Positions 49,419 to 64,000 of a DNA stretch of 64,000 nucleotides are shown here, one piece after another (positions within the stretch are counted from its first letter, which is position 1; each line of letters opens with the position of its first letter). The position numbers and the translations under genes were made by a program. The stretch lies in assembly GCA_010909165.1 (NCBI GenBank), contig VJWM01000173.1, forward strand, positions 124,001 to 188,000. Reading direction: 5' to 3'. The notes below the pieces were generated by a model. That model had not been told where the DNA came from and ran no database searches. It saw only the letters and a program-made list of their open reading frames with translations. Origin of the DNA: Anthoceros angustus. Taxonomy: Eukaryota; Plantae; Anthocerotophyta.

Positions 49419-51968
49419 TCATTCTCTAAGGAATACTGATTTCAGCAGGTCTTTCAACGGCACCAGACTACATGAAAAAACGGTGTAAAAATGGAAGAGG
49501 TGGCCGCGGACCCGGTATGTGTATAGAGCGTACAGGATGGCTGCTGCGGTTACTGCCAGATATGATACGGAAATAGAAATCCAAAAGTCCTGCAATAGAC
49601 GACATACGGTGAGGGCTGAGGTCTAGCAACTTTTGTGAGTACTAGTTCCCAACGAGGACTCACCTGAGGATCTGGAATGCACATGGTAACAATGAATGGG
49701 AGCATGTTCATGAAGGACTGTACAGAGCCTTGAACCCCACCAACAACCCCTCGTTCTTGCTCTGCTACAGATTCCTGCAGTTAGGTACAGTTGTGTGAGG
49801 TTTGGTTAGCACAAAGGTATCTCTCGCTTCAAATGGAGAAAAAGAAGGACGATCACACCTGCATCACTTGCGTTACGGCCAAGTCAAACAGCCAGAGACC
49901 AAACCGAGAAGCAGAAACTCCTCCGATGAGCAGCCCAGCTGATATGGTTGGGCTGGAGACCAGGATGGAAGCCACACTGATGGCAAGAAATGACCACTGT
50001 TCCATAGAAAACGTCAACTGCTGGCTCTAAGTTTGACATGATGAGATGTGGAGGTAACGAGTTGGAAGGAGGAACAATACCTGAATCCAAATTGCCCACA
50101 ACCCAGCCCTTACTGATCCAAGTTGTGCATGCACTGCAGGGTAGGCAACAGTGGCAGCAATACCCACAAGAGATGCCACGCCACGCGCCAGGCCCAAAAC
50201 ATAGGGAGGCACGCCTTTCAACTGGAGTACTGAAGTCATCAGGGGTCCGAAGCTGTATGGATAGGCGAAGAATGCATGTTACCCATCACAAATCTAACAA
50301 GATGCAAATCTCAACGACATGACAACCTTCTATAAGGTGAACATGCGCATTCAAGTACCTCAGGACCGTGAAGTACAATAAAGCGAGGGCAATCGCCGCA
50401 AGCACAACCTCCTGCCTCAAGTAAACCCTCCATCCCTTGATGAAGGAAAGCTCAGATAGTTTCAGCAACAGACTTTGGCTGGATGATCTTGTTGCATGTT
50501 CTGTGTCATCCTCAGTGGCCCCTTCTGCATCATCCATGCCTACCATTTGGTATGTGGAGCTCGAGATTTCTGTTCGATTGTCAGAAGAAGGATGATTGAC
50601 TTGCAAAGCAGTTATGGACCGGTACACCCAGAAAAGAAGATGATACTGTACCCCAACAGTGAGCAGGTTCCAAGCAGCAATGACTATGGCGGTGGCCACT
50701 AAAGACACGCTACTCATGAGAAAACCGACAGCTACAGGACCAAGCAGCTTGCAACACAGATCAATTCTACGCATGACAGCATTCATTTTGCTAAGCAAGC
50801 TTGATCCATTCTCTTTGTATTGCTCGGAGATCACAACCACCCTGCCAACAAACCAAACGAAGTTCCTTGTCAGACAAAAGCTCAAATGGGAGAGAAACCT
50901 TCAATACTATATCATATGTGTCTCACCAATCCCTCTCAACAACAATGTCGGTTGCAAGAAGCCCCAGTTTAGAAATGCCTCCCGCAATGTCTGCGAAGCT
51001 AACAAGGGCAAAGAATGCAGCAGAGCCACCCGGGGTCGCACCAGGATGCAACAGCAAAATCAAGACAGCAATGGCTCCTGCCATGATTGATCCATTTCCC
51101 ACTGCTAGAGATAATCGCACTACCTGAACAAAAATGCAGCAGTAAAAGTCAATGATATGTGGTTGATTAGTTTGAGAACAAGCTCAAGAGATGGTGATAT
51201 CAGAACACGAAGAACGAACCTTAAGGCGTGGTGTGTTATCTACCCAGTTGCCAACCGTTACACCAAGGCTTACAACAATTGCAGATTCCACTAAGCCATA
51301 TATGGCTCCCAGCAGAAGTGACTCAGGCCAGATATCTATCATGAACAGTGCAACTGCAAAGTCCCACATACTACACGCCAAAATGAGACGAATTAATTGA
51401 AAGTACAAGGTTTCCAAAAATCCATGTCAATACAGACATTTGCTACTCTTGCTCCCACTCTAGGGATGATTTCAGCCACGAAGGCCCCCCATATCAGACG
51501 CTAAATGTCAGAAGGACGCAAGTAAAACTTGAAATCATCCATAGACACTGCTGCTTCCAATGCTCTGTACTCTGCGGAGCCTTCTAAATTTCCAGGCCTG
51601 AGAATCTTATCCGTGTCCCACGCATAAACGCGGCAGGCAGACATACGATGGAAGTTCACCCTAAGTGACTTTTGTAAAACCATTTCTGCTTTCAAGTGGT
51701 ACAAGGAGCTGTTGTTTTGCAGGACGGACCTGTTCCCCCATCTTGCCAGGAAATGGCTGCAGTACAGGGACACCAGCAACCAATAAATCCCGTCGATCTC
51801 TTCTTGCTCTTGCTGCACTCTGATCAACTGTTCTGCCGGCTGCTGTTCCGCTATGCCTTGGCAGCCCTCTTCAACCGGAAGGCCTTCAATCAGGGGGCGG
51901 GCTTCGCATGTCGAATCCAAAGCACTCTCCATTTCCAGCTGGCTAGCTTGCCTGACGTGCTCCATCAT
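49419..51968 (-). CDS. Ferroportin / IREG (SLC40) metal efflux transporter, multi-exon
   Basis: LYCSHFLARWG|MWDFAVALFM..IWPESLL, IVVERDWVVV, MNAVMRRIDL.CKLLGP, LALLYFTVL|SFGPLMT, VSRFGLWLFDLAVTQVMQ and RVRGHLFH. Confidence 0.95.
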
Positions 51969-53597
51969 GCCGTCATCTCCACTGCTAATCCACGGGTGCC
52001 TTGCGAGCCAGAGTGAAGACCTTTCGCGTGAAGGTAAAGAGTTTCACCAGCAGCTTCTTCTTCCGCCATCATTTTTTTAATAGCGATTTCGGAGATTTTT
52101 AATCTATTATTATTTTATAACGCCTTATAGATCTATCAATTAGATGGGAGCCCCGCACAAGGATTCACTCAGTATGACACTTACATCGGTCACGCGACCC
52201 CGCACACCAAGGGGACGAGGGCAAGAACTGGAAACGAAAGGCACCCCATCTTAATCCGTCCCCAGGGGGCTTGACTGTGAGGATCCAATGAACTCAGGTC
52301 TGGACGTGATTCCGTGGAACCATCAAACGGCAGACGAGAGGCACCCCATCTTAATATTGATCCCCTCAAGTGGGGGCTTGCCTGTGGAGTTCCAATGAAT
52401 CCGGAGTTCCAATGAACTCATGTCTGGATGAAAACTTGGCTTTGTCGCATCTCTGTCTCAACATCCGGCCGAGTGTGGGTGGCCCGAATCGCTTCCTTCG
52501 GGTGCAGTTCTCTTCGCAGGAAGTGCGGTTGAATACAATGAAAGAGCTGGCCGATCCCGGTGCTCGGACATTGTTAAACGCACACACTTTACGCAGAGAA
52601 GCAAGCTTACACGTGAGTTCAATTCACATATGCCAAAGACGAAACAAACAGTCGACTCGCCACCTAAACACAGATGTGCACCTGGCGCTACCTAACACGT
52701 CCCAGTCTTCAGAGCGCGTTTTTCGAACAGATCTCTTTCATAAACTTGAAAGAGGAGTCAGTCCCGCGACAGAAATTCTTCCTTTGTGGAATTCTTAAAA
52801 GTATGGCATCGTCTTGTGTCTCGACTTAACACTTGCCTGCATTAGAGCTCTCCACACTAAGGCTTAAGGGTCCAGTTGTAGGCTAAAGCCAACGGGGTAT
52901 TCCACAGAGGGATGGTTCTAAACTGACTACTCAAAGCAGGTCTGGACATCTTGCAGCTTCCTCCATACCAGCTGCAACTGCTTCGCTGGTATCGGCCCAT
53001 CGTTCTGGATGATGGACTGCAGAAAAACGTCTCTAATAATCTGCGAGCTTGCTCGATCCATAGCTTGCAGGCTCGTGATCTGCAGGTACAAGTGCAAGCA
53101 TCTAATTTCGCAGACAGGATCAGTTGCAGCTGCAGCTCGAGCTCTTGTAATTGCATGTCTCTGCCCTGTAGCCTCCATCACTCTGTAATCCTGCGGCTCC
53201 ATGGCGAGAGCAAAGTGGAGTATACAGCCCGCACGGGCCATATGTCACTCACTCCAAGGGGGAAGTGAGCGACATATGGACCGAACGGGCTGCAGGAAGG
53301 TCTCAAGCATAAGCTACATCGACATAGTCTAACAAGCCATGCTTTTCTTGTACGTGGTACCGACACATGAGCCAACTTCTATTACAGCATGTCATCACAT
53401 ATGTCGCTCACCTGTCAGTAATAAATCGGTATGCGAGCTACATGCGACAGCACGCAGCTCAAAAGGGGGCACTTGTTCCTCGTGAAGAAGGCTAGACCAG
53501 GGGCCTGGCCCTTCCAGCGCTCCGGCTTCACGTCCCAGCTACCATTCCATTACGCTGTCCGGAACTTCCCAGCCTGCCGACCTCCACAATCGCCGCA

Positions 53598-54564
53598 ATG
53601 CGCCTCTCCATGCTCTTCCTCGTAGTGGCCATGGCCATGGCCACTGCGAGTAGTGGAACCCTGGCGGCTGGAGCCTCGCCGCCTGCTCCCAACTGCGACG
53701 ACGTCGTCAACACCCTCTTGTCCTGCTTCGGCTTCGTCACAGGCGGCACGGATGCTCCATCACCAGAGTGCTGCTCCGGGTTTGTATCGGTGGCGACGAA
53801 CGAGCCGACTTGCCTGTGCAGTCTGGCGTCTGGCAACACCGGCGGCATCAACGCCACGCGTGCCCTGGAGCTTCCCGAGCTGTGCGGGGTCACCGGCGTG
53901 GATCCCTCTTCTTGTCCAGGTATCATTTCCATGCTCATAGTATGCGGCTGCTGATAGGCCAATTGGAGACCTGAGATGGTCTTAGTAAGGCTATTGTGCC
54001 GCTTGCCTGTTGGCCTGCCTCTCTTCTCGGCCGTCGCCTCTCCCTCTTGGAAGGGAGGTCTTCCTGGATTGCAATTGCCTAAGCTTGTCCTCCACGAGGG
54101 ACGCCGGGATTTTCTGGCCACGGCAGCAGGATAGTTAGGTTTTCCAGTTTGCTGATGCGCTTGGCCCTGCGCTGGTTTCAAACATGTGTGCTGTCCTGGT
54201 TGCTGATGCTGCAGGTGCTTCACCTCCTCCGACCTTGCCGCCAGCCGAGCCTGCTCCTGTTCCTCCGAGTCCTAAGACTCCAGGTGCGTCATCTTGATCT
54301 CCTGAGCTTTCACTTGTCATTTCTGTAGCTCAGCACTTCCCTTCGTGTAGCTTACAAGACTGTGCGGACGTACTGATGTCAGGAGGAGGACTTGGAGCAG
54401 GACAGCCATCTCCATCGCCTTCTTCCTCACCTACTGGGGAACCAGGTCCTCAGGCACTCGTGGGGGCGCCTGAATCAGCAGCGCAATCCTCCATGTCCGT
54501 GTCCCGGTGGTACGCAGTTTGGGGATTGGCAACCTTGGCCGCTACTGCGCTCCTCGGCTCATGA
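53598..54564 (+). CDS. GPI-anchored non-specific lipid-transfer protein (LTPG); exons 53598-53919, 54215-54283, 54383-54564
   Basis: Signal peptide, 8-Cys motif (C..C..CC..CLC..C..C), Pro/Ser-rich linker and hydrophobic C-terminal GPI signal. Confidence 0.93.
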
Positions 54565-55426
54565 TTTATTCCAGACATCGAGCATCTCGAGCTACAGGCA
54601 GGCGTATGCTCATATTAATTTTGTGACTGCAATCAGCGGCACCAGTCCCCGGTGTATGCATTATTGTATTGCGTTGCAGTAAAGGAAGTCCGATTGGTAC
54701 CGCTCAATTCTTCCGAGCACACTGCTGAACGATAGATCGCCATCTGAACTTGCAAAGCTGGCAATGGCATGTGCTGTCCGTCCCATACACGAGGGAGGTA
54801 GGGCGCTGGCAGCATTCGGCTAGGCCGTGCAGAAACAGGAAGAAGGTGCGTACCTACAGAAGTCTGAATTGACTCTCATTGATATGCAGTGGTCGTGATA
54901 CTGCAACGCTGTACATTCCAGGCCGTAGACCTTGCACGCTGTGCCACATCCCAGCTGGGTATATAAAGAGGCCTTACCTACCTTCACGCCTCGCCCGTCC
55001 CAAGTACTCTCCTACAGTTATGAAGCCGCTCTGGAATGAACGCTGTCTTGCAGGCAGGCCGCTGGTTGGCAGAGGTTGTGGCAGATCACTTCTGAGCCAG
55101 GCACTTCTATCCGAAAGGAATTCACGGCATGCTGTGTCCCATCGAGGACATCGGAGGATGACTGTGTAGGCACCTAGGCACAGTGTGTAGTACAGAAATT
55201 GATGCAACAACGAAGGAACATGAGGGGGCGAGCCTTTTACGACTTTGAGCAAACAGTACTCTCCGCCTTTCCTAGGCTGCTGCTAAGCTCCTGCGTGTGC
55301 ATTATCTTGTGATTATCTTGCACAAAAAGCCTCCTGGTGTCGGTAAGAAAAAGACTCAGGGAGAGACTGGCCGGAAAGCTTCTTTGAAGATAGAATTGGG
55401 TCGGTCAGATTCTTTGTGCGTGAGTG

Positions 55427-58048
55427 TCAATGTCTATCGCCACATGAACAAGAGCCGTCCACGAATCGATGAACACGATGTGCGTCTCTCACAATGATAT
55501 CTCGCTTTTCAAGGCTTGACATGATCTTCGTGCTGCTGTGACAGTCATTGCACATCCGGAGATTTTTGGTAACTAGCAAAGTTGCGCCCTCTGGCGTGTG
55601 CATAAGACCGTACGCCAATGCCAGTTTCTCTGCGTGCCCACACAAAGCATCTTCCTTTTCTTTCTCAGACACTGCCTTCAGCACCAACTGTGTTTGTGGT
55701 ACATGCCCTCCTTCTTTCTTCAACCTACTATTCAAGATCATCAGTCTTGGAGAGATGTCAGACCTCTCTTCACCTACTGTGAACTCATGCACCTCGTTCT
55801 TCACTTCAATGCATGCCTTTGCAGCCTTTTTCATTGCACCTGCCGACTTTCTCAAGCTTTCTATCCTTTCCACATCGTCCCACCTGCCTGCGTTGGCATA
55901 GATAGTCCCCAACAGCACATATGCACTGGCATCCTCAGGTGCTAATTTGACAAGATGGTCAAAGCACCGTCGTCCACGCTCTACATCACCATACCCTTTG
56001 CACGCCGTCAGCAACGCTGTCCAGCCCACAACATCGTTCACGAACGATGCACTCCGCAACAGATGTTCGGCCTCATCCAGCTGGCCAGAACGGCCAAGAA
56101 GATCAACCATGCAACTGAGGGGATAATCAGAGGGCACAATCCCATGCTCTTCCACCATCATTCTGAAATACCTCTGGCCCTCTTGCACCAGGCCAGCATG
56201 ACTGCAAGCCACAAGGAGACATGTAAAAGTAGTCTCATCTGGCTGAACACCTTGCTGCAGCATGTCTTCAAAACACCGAATGGCCATGTGACCATCGTTA
56301 TTTTGGGCATAGCCATTCAGGAGAGCATTCCATGTCACCAAATTTCGTCTGGGCAGACTGTCAAAGAGTTTGCCGGCATCCTCCAAGTCACCACATTTTG
56401 AATACATGTCCACCAGGCAGCTGCTAATGAATGCATCGCCCTCTAAGCCCCTTTCCCGAATCTCAGAGTGAAGCTGCTTCCCCTGCTGCAATGCTCCAAC
56501 ACTGGCGCATGCCTGAAGAAGGCATAAAAACGTGACATGATTGGCTGGAGTGATGCCCTCATGTTGCATGTTTCCATACAGATTCAGGGCTTCGCGCCCG
56601 AGGCCCTGCTGAGCATATCCTGCAATCATGGCATTCCAGGTCACCACATCTTTTCTGGGCAGAGTGTCAAACACCTCACGAGCATCCGCCAAGCTCCCAC
56701 ACTTAGCATACATGTTTACCAGGCTGCTAACAATGACTGCATCAGCTTCAAAGCCTCTTTCTCGGATGAGTAAGTGGAGCTCCTTGCCCTGCTCTAGGTC
56801 TCCTACACTCGCACATGCCTGCAGGAGGGAGACAAACGTAACTCTATTGTCTGGAGTGACACCTTCTTCCTGCATAGCCCTGTAAAGCTGGAGGGCTTCC
56901 TGCCCCATGCCCTGCTGGGAATATCCTGCTATCATGGCATTCCACATCACCACATCTTTCTGAGGAAGGCCATCAAACATGGTTTGAGCATCATCCAAGC
57001 TGCCACATTTTGCATACATGTTTACCAAACTAGTGGCTACAAACATGTCAGATCGAAGTCCCCTGTCTCTAATTTGTGCATGAAGCTGTTTCCCGGTCTC
57101 CAAGGCCGGGGTGCCCACACTTGTACATGCCTGGAGAAGGTACACAAACGTCACGGAATCTGGTGCCACCATACCCTCTTCTTGCATAGCCCTATAAAGC
57201 CCAAGGGCCTTTTGCCACATGCCCTGCTGGGAATATGCAGCTATCAGAGACGTCCACGTCACAACATTCTTCTGGCCAAGTCCATCAAACACTCTATGAG
57301 CGTCTTCCAAGCTGCCACACTTTGCATACATGTCCACCAAGCAATTACAAACAAACATGTCAGGCTCAACCCCACTGGCCAGCACATGAGCATGCACCTG
57401 CTGCCCAGTTTCCAAGTCTGCTCCCCTTGCACAAGCCTGGAGGGCTGCTACAAACACATGGCCATCCGGTTTCACACCCGACCTGCACATTTCATGGTAC
57501 AGCTGTATGGCCTGCCTGTCTTGTCCGTGTTTAACTTGAGCAGAAATTATGGCAGACCATGTGAAGGCATCTGGCTCGGCAACCACTGCAAAGACATCCA
57601 TGGCTTCCTGCAACCTGGCATGAGTAGCATACATCCGCAATAAATGGTTGCACAAGAACGTATCCGACTCATATCCCCCTTTCACGGTGAGGGCATGGAC
57701 ACGGCGACCCAGAACGAGGTCTCTCTGAACCACACAATTTTTTAGCACAGTATAAAACAGAGACTGAGAAACACAAGAGTATGTCTGCACCATAACTCCC
57801 AGCGCCTCAACACCGTCAGTGAGCTGCCCCTGCTGACATAATTGGCTCACAGTTTCAGCCGTTACGCCCCTTTGGTATCCTGCAGGCATGTCAAGATCAG
57901 CCTGCTGGGCACCCACCCAAGGTGGCCTGTAGAACCCGAGGGCCTCCTGGGACTCCCTACGGAGATTATCCCACCAAATTGTCCTTGCGGGATCCAAAGA
58001 CGCTGCTGTGGCCCTGTGTGAATGACGTGCAACGCGCCACGCAGCCAT
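55427..58048 (-). CDS. PLS-class PPR protein with E1/E2 and DYW:KP (DRH-type) domain; paralogue of 16203-18755
   Basis: 873-aa uninterrupted ORF with KKAAKACIEV, HAEKLA, CNDCH and CSCGDRH. The Arg/Ala/Ser-rich N-terminus resembles an organellar presequence. Confidence 0.95.
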   Translation of the reverse strand: MAAWRVARHSHRATAASLDPARTIWWDNLRRESQEALGFYRPPWVGAQQADLDMPAGYQRGVTAETVSQLCQQGQLTDGVEALGVMVQTYSCVSQSLFYTVLKNCVVQRDLVLGRRVHALTVKGGYESDTFLCNHLLRMYATHARLQEAMDVFAVVAEPDAFTWSAIISAQVKHGQDRQAIQLYHEMCRSGVKPDGHVFVAALQACARGADLETGQQVHAHVLASGVEPDMFVCNCLVDMYAKCGSLEDAHRVFDGLGQKNVVTWTSLIAAYSQQGMWQKALGLYRAMQEEGMVAPDSVTFVYLLQACTSVGTPALETGKQLHAQIRDRGLRSDMFVATSLVNMYAKCGSLDDAQTMFDGLPQKDVVMWNAMIAGYSQQGMGQEALQLYRAMQEEGVTPDNRVTFVSLLQACASVGDLEQGKELHLLIRERGFEADAVIVSSLVNMYAKCGSLADAREVFDTLPRKDVVTWNAMIAGYAQQGLGREALNLYGNMQHEGITPANHVTFLCLLQACASVGALQQGKQLHSEIRERGLEGDAFISSCLVDMYSKCGDLEDAGKLFDSLPRRNLVTWNALLNGYAQNNDGHMAIRCFEDMLQQGVQPDETTFTCLLVACSHAGLVQEGQRYFRMMVEEHGIVPSDYPLSCMVDLLGRSGQLDEAEHLLRSASFVNDVVGWTALLTACKGYGDVERGRRCFDHLVKLAPEDASAYVLLGTIYANAGRWDDVERIESLRKSAGAMKKAAKACIEVKNEVHEFTVGEERSDISPRLMILNSRLKKEGGHVPQTQLVLKAVSEKEKEDALCGHAEKLALAYGLMHTPEGATLLVTKNLRMCNDCHSSTKIMSSLEKRDIIVRDAHRVHRFVDGSCSCGDRH

Positions 58049-58880
58049 AGTTCAAAGCAGAAGCATTTGTATTTTGCTTCGGATTTCGGCCCACAGTGGT
58101 GCCAAAACCTGTTCCTCGATCACTCCGAGACGTCGATCGAAACTCTCCTCAATCGTGCCAAGAGCCTCTAGGGTACTCGCTCCTCTGTACCACCTTTCCT
58201 CCAGTACAGGATCTGCAGTGCCCATTGCTCCTTGTAAGTACGTAAGCAGAGGCCCGCGAGGCACATCTCCTCTAGACGGATCCATCTCCAACCTGCAGGT
58301 CAGCTGTAGGCAAATATGAGGCGACAAACCAGTCAGCTTCTATCGCGCTTCCATTTCGCATGTTAGAGGGGGAATGGAGACTTAAGGTAGGAAAACGAGA
58401 TGGAAAAAACCATCTACCCCGACAAAAAGGGGGAAAAGCCCATCGAAGGGTAACAAGCCAGCGGGGGCTAACCCCCATGATTGCTAATTTCGCATCTTAG
58501 AGAGGCAACAGAGGATAGCTATGAGCCTATAATGGCGGCTCAACCTCTCCGATTTCATCTCTTCGTAAATAATTGTTGTTTGAATACATTTGTTCCTAAT
58601 GATCTGTTTTCCTCTGTGTCCATTTGAGAGTACCTGTTAGTTACATTGATCTACTTGGACAGTATTTTACATCGATTCTCAATTTACAGGATCCTACCTG
58701 GACCCTGGACTCCCAGGACAATGCGGATTGCTAAAGTTTCCAGAGATCGTTAACTCTTGTCCGGTTGTGCAATACTGACACAACCGGTGACGATGAGCAC
58801 CCACACATTATATTGCACCTAGGAGTAAGGGCTCAGTGCACCAAAACTTTGCGTGCTGGAAGCATGCTGCCAGGCCTATC

Positions 58881-64000
<5,120 letters not shown>

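Noticed and set aside
52240-52430. ~100-bp diverged duplication upstream of ferroportin (ggcaccccatcttaat twice)
   Set aside because: Real but short, with no evidence of function.
52857-53241. Possible BTB/BACK-like pseudogene fragment
   Set aside because: Only a vague helical pattern across frameshifts; not supportable without a profile search.

Overview
Eukaryotic nuclear DNA from a seed-free land plant, most likely a hornwort. This is inferred from two intronless PLS-class PPR genes ending in the DRH variant of the DYW:KP domain and from compact genes with ~100-bp GT-AG introns. Bases ~1-13,500 are a degenerate repeat/transposon block: segmental duplications of a GC-rich Ty3/Gypsy (Tat-like) remnant, a possible Mutator transposase remnant and short tandem arrays. 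The rest is gene-dense: LEA2, PPR-DYW:KP #1, CYSTM, VDR-like and BASS5/6-like fragments, plastid uL13, NDUFS5, an OCA/PFA-DSP-family pseudophosphatase, cis-prenyltransferase, a PUT/LAT permease, kinesin-8, ferroportin, a GPI-anchored nsLTP, PPR-DYW:KP #2 and the 3' part of the RNA polymerase III second-largest subunit. The most notable observation is that PPR #1, a candidate U-to-C RNA-editing factor, carries an intact OSB-type 'PDF' ssDNA-binding motif N-terminal to its PPR array. Its paralogue 39 kb away keeps only an eroded copy of that motif. All calls come from visual motif recognition; no database searches were run. GC-rich stretches show signs of homopolymer indel errors.
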